A stretch of DNA of 63,465 nt, counting the filler, from Octopus bimaculoides (taxonomy: Eukaryota), in the NCBI RefSeq assembly GCF_001194135.2. It is 8 parts of 6 records of this genome, joined end to end, with 100 filler letters (N's around TTAATTAATTAA, not from the genome) between each part and the next. Parts side by side here need not be neighbours in the genome. Positions count along the whole stretch, not along the records: positions 1 to 24,143 come from NC_068982.1; 7 more parts are not named here. One strand, 5' to 3'. Shown piece after piece: positions 1 to 11,282 of the stretch. Under the pieces are notes generated by a model. That model made no database searches. It saw only the letters and a list, made by a program, of their open reading frames with translations, and had not been told where the DNA came from. The translations under genes and the position numbers were made by a program. The stretch's first letter is position 1. Each line of letters opens with the position of its first letter.

Positions 1-86
1 ACACACTAGGAAGTCCCAAAGAATACTTACATTTTCTCCCTCTATTACAACCTCAGGGTGATGCTTGTACCATTCGTCACCAGTCT

Positions 87-112
87 ATTATTATTATCAT
101 TATTATTATTAT

Positions 113-183
<71 letters not shown>
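87..183. repeat. Compound (TAT)n/(TAG)n microsatellite
   Basis: Imperfect TAT run followed by about 23 perfect TAG units (113-183). Confidence 0.95.
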
Positions 184-186
184 CCG

Positions 187-407
187 AAGGCGGCGAGCGG
201 AGAGGACCGTTAGCACGACGGACAAAATGCTTAGCGTCATTTTACCTGTTTTTATGTTCTGAGTTCAAATTCCACCGAGGTTGACTTTGCCTTTCATCCC
301 CATAGAGTTGATAAAATAACCAGTCAAGTACTGGGATCGATGAAATCGACTAGCCTCCTCCCTCAAATTTCTCAGGCCTTGTGCCTATAGTAGAAAGAAT
401 TATTATT
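187..407 (+). mobile_element. tRNA-derived SINE family B (AAGGCGGCGAGCTGGCAGAATCGTTAG head), diverged copy
   Basis: Matches many other copies in the window; B-box-like GAGTTCAAATTCC; tail GGCCTTGTGCCTATAGTAGAAAG plus (ATT)n. Confidence 0.85.
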
Positions 408-1019
408 AATAATATAAATCTACTATTCCGGTTACATCACCAGTTACATCTTGTGTATTTTCAAAGGCCAGATAGAAAATATCATAATACCAGAACCGTA
501 TTAATAATGGAAATCACTTGATGATATGATCATGCTGGAGAATCACATCATGATAGCTTAAAAAGCAAAGAGAAAGTCGCTTTGTTTCGGCTTTTGATTG
601 AGTTGAAAGAAACAGTGAATAGTACTGATAGAGTTAACGATTGAATACGATCTATGACCATCAACCACTACACTATAGGTGGAAGGAGAGAGGTTGTGTA
701 GTGAGAGAGAAAGGTGAGGGAAATGTAGATAGATAAAAATGGATGAAGAGAGGGGGGGTGATGCCATAAAGATCGAAGTTTAGTATTTGCTCGGATTTCG
801 GAAACTTTTGTAAAATCTTTAAAATATAATATCGGCTAAGAACACCTTGGTTTTACATCAGAAATGTTGAATAAACATACCAAATGTTCTTTATTATCAT
901 AAACCCAATGAAACCCTCTACATTTATAATTCTCAAACAACTCGAGAAATATTATTGAAAATCTAGTCTGAAACTATCAGACATTCTAAAATTTTGTATA
1001 GGCTGGATATATTCTGCAT

Positions 1020-1810
1020 ACATTCGAAGCCATTATAACGAGGCACATGGTATTCAGAAGATCGTGTTTCACATATTCCTAAGCAATAACACCACGAATA
1101 GACGAAACAGGAATCAAACTGTCTTCTGGTATATTCCAGCTACTTTTCTCGAAGCAGCAATCTCACTGACAATATTCTCTGCACAGAGGTGGAACTTGCC
1201 CTACAGCATAAATAATTCTATCAAATATTTAATAAAGCAGCATAAAAGTCCTATTCCACTACCTCTAATTTTACCTAATTAAAAAATCTCTTCTTATAGC
1301 ACCAAATTAAATACAACTCGTGACCTAAATATCACCGGTTGCAAATTTAGTAATCCACACAAGTGCCCCCATTATTTTAACGGTTTTGCAAGAAATATAG
1401 TATGCAGATGTACAGTAACAACAAAAACGAGGAAACGTTTATATTTGGAAATATATGCTTAGACACATTGCAAGAAAGAAAACCAGTTTGCAATTGCTTA
1501 GCATTTGAAGCTGTAAAGAGACCGGAATGCCTTCAATCTCTTCTGGAAAAGCCTTCTAAAAGCTAACCATACAATTTATGCAGGGTAGATGCATTAGAAA
1601 TGCTCTTCATAAAGTGACTACTATTGATTTGAAAATGACATTATGCAACCATAAGATCCTAAAAATATTACCCTACTACCAATTTTCCAGTAATAATAAC
1701 TGACCACATCAACGTAACAGAATAATTCATAACAGAAGAATCTTCCATTTACCAAAACACAATAATTCACCAATATAAAACAGTACGATCTAAGATTGGA
1801 ACCAGAGATC
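1020..1810 (+). mobile_element. Highly decayed Penelope-like element fragment (RT C-terminus to GIY-YIG region)
   Basis: Remnant peptides RWNLPYSINNSIKYLIKQH (cf. PLE WFNPPYS..FL.LI.KHF) and VCRCTVTTKT..LYL; many stops and frameshifts. Confidence 0.45.
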
Positions 1811-2027
1811 CACCACATGATCTCAATACGGAACCTTTAAATACCTAATAAGTACCTGTAATCCTCCGTCTATATCTATGAACAGCTGCTTTTACAATGG
1901 ATCCACTACTTTGAATAATTAGATTAATTTAGACCTGTTTAGTCTCTCCCCCGATCAAACATATTAATATAGGCCGCTTGCACACAGAAATCACAATTTT
2001 CATATTAATAATGTTGCACATGCCAAT

Positions 2028-2242
2028 AAGGCTGTGAGCTGGCAGAATCATTAGCAAGCGGGGCAAAATGCTTGGCGGCATTTCGTCCATTATTGTGTCT
2101 TAAATTCATATTCCGCCGAAGTCGACTTTGTTTTCATTCTTTCGGAGTCGATAAAATAAGTGTCAGTTGAACACTAGGGTCGTTGTAATCGACTTAACCC
2201 CTCCCCCAAAATTGCTGGCCTTGTGCCAAAATTTGAAACCCA
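2028..2242 (+). mobile_element. SINE family B copy
   Basis: AAGGCTGTGAGCTGGCAGAATCATTAG ... CTTGTGCCAAAATTTGAAACC. Confidence 0.85.
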
Positions 2243-2577
2243 TAATGTTACAAATGACATCATCATCACTATCATCATCACTTTCAATAATATTATTATT
2301 AGAAGTAGGATGGAAGAAACTGGAGACAGCTGAGTAATCGGCCTTTCTGCGTGTAGTTTTCCCTCCAATTACCTTAGGTGGATTGCGAGGCTATTGAAGA
2401 CTATATTCAGTTTTATATTTTTCTGAATTCTATGTTTTGTCTTTTGTTATATCTTTATTGTTGTTGATTCCCTTCTGATCGATGTGAACCCTGCCTTTTT
2501 GTGTGTTTCGCTTCGTCTTTTGATATTGTTCTGAATGTCTTGAGCACTTGTGGCTGAGAAAAGAAATCATTATTATC

Positions 2578-2960
2578 ATCATTCAAATTCCACCGAGGTC
2601 GACTTTGCCTTTCATTCTTTAGGGGTCAATAAACTAAGTACCAGTTTTGTACTGGGGTCGATGTAATTGTCTATCCCCTCCCCCAAATTTCAGGCTTTGT
2701 GCCTATAGTAGAAAGGATTATTATTATCATCATTACTATTAAGGCGGCAAAGTGGCACAATCGTTTGTACGCCGGGCAAAAAGCTTAGCGGCATTTCGCC
2801 CGTCTTTACACTCTACGTTCAAACTACGCCGAGGTTGACTTTGCCTTTCAGCCTTTCGGAGTCGATAAAATAAGTGCCAGTTGAACACCGGGGTCGATGT
2901 AATCGACTAACACTCTCGTACCAAAATTTCAGGCCTTGTGCTTTTAGTAGAAAAGAATAT
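2578..2960 (+). mobile_element. Two tandem SINE family B copies (5'-truncated 2578-2725; full 2741-2960)
   Basis: Repeated TTCAAATTCCACCGAGGTCGACTTTGCCTTTCA...GGGGTCGATGTAAT modules. Confidence 0.85.
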
Positions 2961-3316
2961 TGATTCTTGTACGTTCTGTTACTCTCTTTATTTTAACATT
3001 TAATGCTAGAGATAACGAAATAGTAATGTGATTCCATACACTAAACTTGAAACTGAAACGGTTTCATTTGGCTATATGCAACCGTTACTTTTCAAGTTTC
3101 CCCCAAGGACTTCAAAATTCAATCAACCTCTAAAGTTTAACCCTAATGGCATCACGCCCGCTACCTCTCACTCTCTTTCCCATTATTCCTTCTCTTTCCT
3201 TTTCTCTTTTTCTCCATCCTTATACATGGGTCCTCCTCTCTCACTACTTCACCGCTTACTTCCACCTAAGAAGCAGTAACTGACATTACTTAATTTTATT
3301 TTGCGTCCCAACAATA

Positions 3317-3368
<52 letters not shown>

Positions 3369-3744
3369 CCTCTCTCATTCGTACGTCTACACAAGATGGC
3401 GTCCCTTTTTCCGTTTCACCCTATCATCATATAGTTGATCTGGATCTGAGTTGCCCAGTGTCACCACGTGGGTGATCATTGTTTAGACTATTCTGGCTCC
3501 ATCATACACTCTGGTTTTCGAAGAAATGAATTGAAATAATTGTACAGTTGCATGATACCATTTCGTCTGCATCTATAATACATTGAGTACTTCCTTGAGT
3601 TACGATCTAGTCGATTAATGAAAGAGGTGTATAATGTATGAATGAGTGTGCAAACATAGATATATATGTAAGGATTTTTATCGTATAAGTGTAATGCGTG
3701 AAACAGTACACGATATGAATGAGATAACTTGTCCCTACAAATAT

Positions 3745-3781
3745 GTGCGTGTGTATGCGCGTGTGTGTATGTGTGTCTGTG

Positions 3782-3830
<49 letters not shown>
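3745..3830. repeat. (TG)n microsatellite; a (CT)n tract lies at about 3320-3364
   Basis: Direct reading. Confidence 0.95.
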
Positions 3831-3832
<2 letters not shown>

Positions 3833-4030
3833 CATGTGTATCTATCTGTCTGTCCGTGTCTGTGTCTGCGTAAGGCAAATGTAATTGTAAAACGTGTTGT
3901 ATATCTACACATTTTCTCCTTCTTAACTATCTTCTACCTAGAACAGTATTCTCAGTTGGTTTCTAACTCTTCACCTGCTCTTTTCTTAGCTACTAGCTAT
4001 TTCTCTTTCTCATTTACCTTATGTTCTCCT

Positions 4031-4066
4031 TCTTCTGATGAAGAAATAACATCCGAAACACTGAGA
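4031..4066 (+). ncRNA. Degenerate PLE-type minimal hammerhead ribozyme remnant
   Basis: CTGATGA-A-GAAATAACATCC-GAAAC; stem II mismatched and no valid UH cleavage triplet. Confidence 0.35.
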
Positions 4067-4720
4067 CTTTCTCTTCCCATTAAAGCATTAAGCTAATACC
4101 TCATCTGTCAAACTTTTTCCTTCTATGTTGTCCTTTACATTGTTAATTGCATTTACTCTATATATTAAGGGCTTAGGTAGATTTCCTCTGGGTTCGTTCT
4201 CGATATTTGATTACTGAACCAGGTTACTTCGGATATATTTTTACTGCTTGTTGCACTGCACTTAATCTCTTTCGTCCCTTTTTTCTTCTATTCTCTTTAT
4301 GTATATTTTTTTTTCCTTTTATTACCCTTCTATTTCTCTCGTTTTTTTAAATCCCTTTTTCTCATACCTACTTCCTCAACCATTTCTCCTGCTGGTAAGC
4401 TACTATACTTGCATCTAAACACCTGCTTTTTCTTACTTCCTAATTTCCCCCAAAAGGATAACATTCCATTCTGGTTTCTCACCCTTCGCCAGCGTTTCTC
4501 AATTGTTTTCTTCTCGCTCCCTCTACGCCCTTTTCTACTCTTCTCAGGGAAGACTAACGCCTGAAACATTAANNNNNNNNNNAGGGAAGACTAACGCCTG
4601 AAACATTAAAACACTTCCTCTATCCTTTAAAGTGTCAAGCTTTAAAGTATAGAGGATACCTTATTTGTTAAACTTCGTTCCTCCTGCGTTGTTCTGTTTT
4701 TCTTTTCCATTGTATTTGCA

Positions 4721-4765
<45 letters not shown>

Positions 4766-4889
4766 TTTGTGTCTACATGTATAATATACACACGTATGTG
4801 TGTGAATCCATCCATGCATGCATCCATCCATGCATACATACGTACATACATACATACATACGTACATACATACATACATACATACATAC

Positions 4890-6500
4890 AATCAGTCCCT
4901 CAAACTCAAAATTTGTGCATCAACGTTCTCCCTGTCTCTCCTGTCTCCCACAAAATATGCTACAAGTACCTCGGTATTGATGAAAATATGTAAGAAGGTA
5001 CTGTGAATAAAGATAGAGTGCCCCAAGACTATTATGCCAGACTTAGAAAAATATGGCAGTCGGAATTCCCTTCTTAGAAGAAGACAATATTCTACAATGC
5101 ATTTGCAGTACCAGTACTGATCCCAACATTTGGAATATCCCAACATTGTAGAAGAAGCCCACAAGATACTGACATCAACTGGAAACTTCCACAGGAACAG
5201 TAACATCGATAGGCTCTACCTAAGAAGAGATAAATGAGGTAGGAGCTTGTGATCCTTCAGATCAGGCATTCTTCGTATAAGTGTAATGCGTGAAACAGTA
5301 CACGATATGAAGAGTACTTCAGTACACGATATGAAGAGCAGACATCCTTTGAATGCCGTATAGTCTCTCTCAGACAGCGCTTGCTAAATAACTGCATCAA
5401 AAATAAACATATTCATTTAGTCCTGAAAAGTGAAGAAACAATATCTTATGTATCGGCAGCGAGCTCCTCGGGAAGCACTCTCTTTCTGATGACCTCCCAT
5501 GCAACCCAAAAGAGCCGGACTAACATACCTCAAAGAAGACCTGGATGTGAAACGCTCACCATACCCCACCCATCTCCAAAAAAGATTATGCATGTGAATG
5601 TTTCCCGAAGATTTGAAGAAGACAGTAATACTCGTTTCAGATTTTAGCACAAGACCAGCAGTTTGGGGGAGAGGTAAGTCGGTTACATCGACCCCAGTGC
5701 TTTATCTGGTACTTATTTAATCGGCTCTGAAAGGATGAACGGCAAAATTCCTCGAAGGAATTTTAAATCTCTCTTTGACTCGTGACCGCTACGTCCCATC
5801 ACACTTCGAATGCTATGCATTTGCAATCCAAGAACAGGAGATTGCGAGATTGCTACTAAATAGCTAACAAATAAAAGAGATAGTTACACCTTTGAAGTTT
5901 CAAGACGCAATCGAGATTGTAGATTATGTCATACTTCTATGGAAAACATCACACATGATTAGCAGCTACTCAAAAATGTCTTCAAGGTATTACCTCCCTA
6001 TGCGACACGACTTTGTAGCAAAAACAATATACAATGCCTTTCGGAGAAAAGACTGTCTTGGAATAAATATAGAGAATATCTCCGTTACTGAATACGTACC
6101 CAACCATCAGCACAGGAAATACTGGTGGAACATTCCCATGAAAGCATCTGTCAAGTGTAAGCATAACAAACCCGATATTGGTGTTTGGGAGAGACAAGAT
6201 AAAACTATTTATCGCCATAAAGGTCAGCTGTTTTGTTGATGGGAATATCTCTTTGAAAATCAAAGAGAAAGAACTACGGACAACTACTTCGAAACCTCCA
6301 GCTTCTGTAACCAGCCTACATATTTACATTTATACAAATGATCTTTAGTGCACTTGGTTTTGTGAGTAAATGCTTTACTGAGAGTTTGGATAATCTTGGA
6401 TTTTCGGAAAAAGAAATCAATCAAGTAACTCACATATTACAAATACAATCTGTAAGTGGAACAGTAAAAATATGCAAGACTTTTCCCAAGTTAAACATGT
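4890..6500 (+). mobile_element. Dong/R4-like non-LTR retrotransposon, 3' portion (RT C-terminus to restriction-like endonuclease), decayed
   Basis: Remnants NAFAVPVLIP, DRLYLRRDK, HFECYAFAIQEQEIA, RHDFVAKTIY, KHNKPDI; interrupted by a SINE fragment. Confidence 0.8.
5645..5765 (-). mobile_element. SINE family B fragment inserted in the R4-like element
   Basis: Reverse complement of the GGGGTCGATGTAACCGACTTACCTCTCCCCCAAA module. Confidence 0.75.
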
Positions 6501-6770
6501 GACATTTTTTTAAATTATCTAAATTCTAACGATGGAGCTTTCTATTTTTGTTAGAAACCATCTCCTTTCTCGGAGTAAGGATTTATATAATTAAAAACGG
6601 AAGAGAACATACATGCACGTATGTGAGTGTGTGTGTGTTTAAATGTGTGTGTGGTGTGCGTCTATCAGATGTGATCACACACACACATATATATGTGTGT
6701 GTGTGTGAGTGTGTGTATGTGTGTCTGTATATATATGTGTGTATGTATATATATGTATATAGCATGTATG

Positions 6771-6804
<34 letters not shown>

Positions 6805-7424
6805 TGTATGTATGCTTGTCTCGGATCACTATGATCCATCATGCTCTCATGAGAAAATTACCAAACGATATATCATTATTGGACTGCAAAGCAATTTACA
6901 AAGGAAGAACGTTGGAAAAGCTTTGAAGTGAATGAATTAAGAAAAATACCCAATCAAAATAAAATACTAGACATAAGGAAAATCCGAAATCCCTGTCATC
7001 AATGTCGAAGTAGTTCTTATAATAAGCAGTCATGTTCATATATGTTTATAACTTATAGCAGTTTGAGACTATTGCAAAATATTTTATATATAGATATATT
7101 TGCTTCATGTAAAATTGCAGTATTTATAAAGTTGAGTTGAAAAATTTTCCAGTTCAGCAAATTGTTGTCAAAATTTAAATTAAAATATTTTTGTGGAAAT
7201 TGAAAAAGTTGTTCTATTGTTGTTATTTATGAAGCTTCTTAAAATTCATCATTACTTAGCATATCCAGATATGTATCTCTTTTTTATTAATTTTTATTCA
7301 TTTAAATTTGCTGTAAAATAATACATATCTTAAAGACAAATTGATTATTTTCCAAGTAATTACATTACATCTACAATAACCGCGGGTCACCCAGTGAATT
7401 TGAGTGAATTTGAGTGAATTTGGC

Positions 7425-7463
<39 letters not shown>

Positions 7464-7464
<1 letters not shown>

Positions 7465-7575
7465 CCAAGCTAACGTGGCAGTCCAGAGAAATAGGACGAA
7501 TGCTGCCGTTAATTAGCTCCAAGAGGCCATCGCCTCTAGCTACCTATCTGACACACAAATCTGCGTCTATAACAC
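7464..7575 (+). repeat. About 112-bp inverted copy of 7867-7978
   Basis: GCCAAGCTAACGTGGCAGTCC...CTGCGTCTATAACAC versus the reverse complement of GTGTTATGGACGCAG...CGTTACCTTGGC. Confidence 0.85.
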
Positions 7576-7816
7576 CTTCGAACATGGNNNNNNNNNNNNN
7601 NNNNNNNNNNNNNNNNNNNNNNNNNNNNNNNNNNNNNNNNNNNNNNNNNNNNNNNNNNNNNNNNNNNNNNNNNNNNNNNNNNNNNNNNNNNNNNNNNNNN
7701 NNNNNNNNNNNNNNNNNNNNNNNNNNNNNNNNNNNNNNNNNNNNNNNNNNNNNNNNNNNNNATATATATATATATATATTCAGTGGAACACATTCACTGA
7801 TTTTCAAAAATAAAAA

Positions 7817-8043
7817 TATTATCATTTCTAAACGTCTCTCTAAAGGAGAAATAAAGTAACAGTACTGTGTTATGGACGCAGATTTGTGTGGCACATAGCT
7901 AGCTAGAGGCGATAGCCTATTGGAGCGAATTAACGCCAGCATTCGTCCTATTTCACTGAACTGCCACGTTACCTTGGCGATAAATATTAATACCCAGTAC
8001 TGCTGCAGTATCTCTCCTTTAGAGAGATTTAGAAATAATAATA
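7817..8043. mobile_element. MITE-like element with about 50-bp imperfect terminal inverted repeats
   Basis: 7817-7867 reverse complement (CAGTACTG...CTCCTTTAGAGAGACGTTTAGAAATGATAATA) aligns with 7995-8043. Confidence 0.65.
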
Positions 8044-8059
8044 ATATATATATAATGCG

Positions 8060-8270
8060 TGTTGTGTCTTTTGTTCCCCACCCCCATTGCTTGATATCTG
8101 GTGTTGGTTTGTTTACATCACCGTAAACTTGCGGTTTGGCAAAACAAACCGATAGAGTAAGTATCAGACTTAAAATATATGTGCTGAGTAGTTTTGTTCG
8201 ACTGCAGTCTTCAACGTAGTGCCCCGACATGGCAACAGTCCAATGATTGATACTAGTAAAAGCTAGATAT
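8060..8270 (+). mobile_element. SINE family C, 3' half, decayed
   Basis: Homologous to 26290-26490 (GTTTGTTTACATCACCGTAAACTTGCGG...CATGGCAACAGTCCAATGA). Confidence 0.7.
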
Positions 8271-8299
8271 ATAACACAGAATGAATAATATTTATTGTT

Positions 8300-8850
8300 A
8301 AAGTCGTTGTTTGACAAAGCGTTAGCCCTGATTGAACAAATGTATAATCAAAGACCTTCTAACTGTGATTTGTCTTTTATTTCCAGATATAGTGTATTTG
8401 TAACTACATTATGCGTTGTGTTTTTTTCCGTTCTTCAAAGCTGTAAAATTATTGAAGTTGACTTGGTTGATGTTTCTAGCACATTAAACAACCACATAAA
8501 TGCTTCCCTTAAGGCTTGAATGTTAAAGACGATAAATACTGACGGCCTAATTCATGCAGTTGCTTATATTTCAATATGCTGACTTCCAGTATTTTCGCTA
8601 AATAAATATGATATCACTATGAGCACTTTTTGCGATATGTGATTATCTTTTCAAGCAATGTGGATAGTAACACAAATTAGTTTTAAATGACACTTCCTGA
8701 ATTGTTAATAAAACAGTAGTGGTGACTCTGCTGACGCTATTGGTTACGTAGCAACCAGATACTGATTCTTAGCATCTTCGACAATAACAGAAGATTGAAG
8801 CATGTCCTTAGCTATCACCTTGCCTGCTAACAAAGATCGAATTTTCTCCT
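8300..8850 (-). mobile_element. Possible very old hAT (Buster/Charlie-like) transposase remnant
   Basis: Weak remnant ENTGSQH...IRPS...LRE resembling hAT EMGS.H..TEVRWLS..LR.E; not secure. Confidence 0.25.
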
Positions 8851-9049
8851 ACTATGCATTGAAATTCAATTTTCAGTAAAATTAATTTTGGATTTTCTGG
8901 AAATTATGATCTACTTATTTTATTTTATTTTTTAGAGTTATCTCATAATTACCTTCGGGATTTTGTTTCCGTTCTTAAACTAAATGGCAAATTTCAGTTC
9001 ATGAAGAAATTTTTTCGAACATCATTCAGTACATTACCACCAAACTAAA

Positions 9050-9560
9050 TAACAGTAGATATGGAGTTGCCGATAGTATCACCACACATTATGTCTCCTA
9101 ACCTTAGTCTGTGTACCAAACCTATCAAAACATTGAGAGAGTTCATTGCATTAAGTTTGACTTGCCTACCTGAATGTTTTACTTGCCTATCTCATTTCCT
9201 TTGCTAATGCTGTGCACGCATTCATCAAACTTGGAAATGATGACAACATTAATTACCTATTTATGAACGATTTATAGATCGCTTTGTCAGAAATTGGTAT
9301 ACTTGTAAAGACTGGATGCTATCGTTGCCACAATATTGGAATGAAGTTTAGCAACGCAAAATGCGTTATAGCCAATTTTCAAAAAATGTAAGAGAGAGGT
9401 GGTTTACAATGCTATTTAGTTACTATTTAGTGTTGGTGATCCCAAAGGAGCTGGTTATAAATACCTTGGTATACAACTATTAGATAATACTTTAGACAAA
9501 ATGATGAAAACAAATGTAACAGAAACGTATTTAACAAGGCTAAACAATAGTATTGACTAG
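9050..9560 (+). mobile_element. Decayed Dong/R4-like RT fragment
   Basis: INYLFMNDL (cf. INHLFYMDDL), IGMKFSNAKC, YKYLGIQ. Confidence 0.6.
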
Positions 9561-9599
9561 CAAGCTGCATTTCAGAAGCAGTTATAGTATGGATTCTAT

Positions 9600-10540
9600 G
9601 TGTGGTGCCGATTGATAATTATAATAATAAAGTGTTCACAGGCATCATCTCAAGGAAGATATATACGTTCCTTGCGGAAAACAATCTACTCCCAGTAGAA
9701 CAAAAGGGATACTGGAAAGGGTTCAAGGACACTAAGGAACGTAATGAAGAACTGCAAACGATAACAAAAAACTTGTGCATAGCTTGGATGAAGTTTAAAA
9801 AGGTTGATAACATGTTGCCGCATTCGTGGATTCTGGAAACACTCTACATGTGTGGAGTAGCTAAGAACGTGCGTGCACTAATCAAGAACAGTATGCCAGA
9901 AAAGAACAAGTCTTTTCTGTAGCAACTTGTACTTAGCCGAGGTAACAACAAAAAGAAGTATCTTCGAGATAGAGTCTTGTTCACCTTTATTATTTGTTAT
10001 AGACATGATCCCACTTTCTGTAATACTACGCAAAGTCAAAGCGCACTACGATCTAAAGAAGAATGGACCTCGTCTCCACCACCTTCTCTTCATGAATGAT
10101 TTAAATCTGTTTGCATAGCAGAGCCTGGAATGAGGACGCTGGTTGAGATTGTACAGGTGTGCAGCAAGGATATAGGAAAGTATTTCGTGATCTCAAAGTG
10201 TGTGGTATTAAGTTTGAAACGAGGGAGAAAGCAGGTTACAAGGACATAGGATTGCGAATAGAAGACTCGGATGATAGTGATACAAGTACCTCAGGATCCT
10301 GGAGCTGGATAATATCTTGCACAGAGAAATAAAAGACAAGGTCACCACTACGTATTTGAAGCGCTTCAGACTTTTCTTGAAGTCAACATTCAATGCAAAG
10401 AACTTTGTAACTGCCATCAAAATATGAGTTGTCATTGTACACAGCAAACCACAGCACATACCCAAGGCACACAGAGCTGCGCTCGGTAGTGAAGTGAAAG
10501 CACGTTATAAAAATAAAACTACTGAATAATAATAATAATG
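9600..10540 (+). mobile_element. Dong/R4-like RT fragment ending in an apparent element 3' end plus short (AAT)n tail
   Basis: NLLPVEQKG, KNLCIAWM.FKK..MLPHSW, LHHLLFMNDL; 3' terminus GCGCTCGGTAGTGAAGTGAAAGCACGTTATAAAAATAAAACTACTG(AAT)n. Confidence 0.75.
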
Positions 10541-11000
10541 ATACCTCTCCATTCCTGTTCTGCTTGGCACTGACACCTTTATCTGACATGCTAAATACAA
10601 CTGGATGCGGATACAAATGTTACGGCAAAACAATCAGCCAGCTTTTATATATGAATGACCTAAAACTATACGCTACAAAGGATAAACAGCTAGAAACACT
10701 ACTACAGACAGTACATGGATTTATCAAGGAAATAGATATGAAATTTGGATTAGAAAAATGTGCCAAAGCAACCCTGAAGAGAGGAAAACTAGTTAAAAGT
10801 AGCAACATCACACTAGATAAAGCCAATGAAATAAGAGAATTAGACCAAAACCAGATATACAAATACTTAGGAATCAATGAAATAGATAGGATACCACATT
10901 CACAAATGAAAGAGAAAATAAAGAAGGAATACTATAGACGAGTTAGATCAATACTGAAAACAGAGTTCAACGCTTCAAAAATACCTATTTCAGAAGCAAG
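10541..11000 (+). mobile_element. 5'-truncated Dong/R4-like RT fragment, open for about 140 codons
   Basis: ORF 10564-11109: ISQLLYMNDLKLYA, MKFGLEKCAK, YKYLGI, KEKIKKEYYRRVR. Confidence 0.85.
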
Positions 11001-11106
11001 GGAAACTAATACAAATAGCCACAAAACACGAGCAAAACGAAGAACTCTGTTTTCAGTATTTAAGGAAGCTGGCAAATACAAACAAGAAATCATACTACCT
11101 AACAAA

Positions 11107-11107
<1 letters not shown>

Positions 11108-11137
<30 letters not shown>

Positions 11138-11282
11138 AAGAAGAAGAAGAAGAAGAAGAAGAAGAAGAAGAAGAAGAAGAAGAAGAAGAAGAAGAAGAAG
11201 AAGAAGAAGAAGAAGAAGAAGAAGAAGAAGAAGAAGAAGAAGAAGAAGAAGAAGAAGAAGAAGAAGAAGAAGAAGAAGAAGA
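11108..11282. repeat. Uninterrupted (AAG)n tract, about 58 units
   Basis: Direct reading. Confidence 0.95.

Noticed and set aside
3390-3400. CAAGATGGCG (YY1/start-codon-like motif)
   Set aside because: Frame closes after 12 codons; isolated motif with no promoter context
3488-4096. Many ORFs of HT/CV/YI/SL/ER dipeptide repeats here and throughout, including all X-filled ORFs
   Set aside because: Translations of dinucleotide or tetranucleotide microsatellites and N gaps; no coding evidence
4330-4569. Basic K/R-rich minus-strand ORF
   Set aside because: Reverse reading of a pyrimidine-rich tract; possible decayed retroelement but no diagnostic motif
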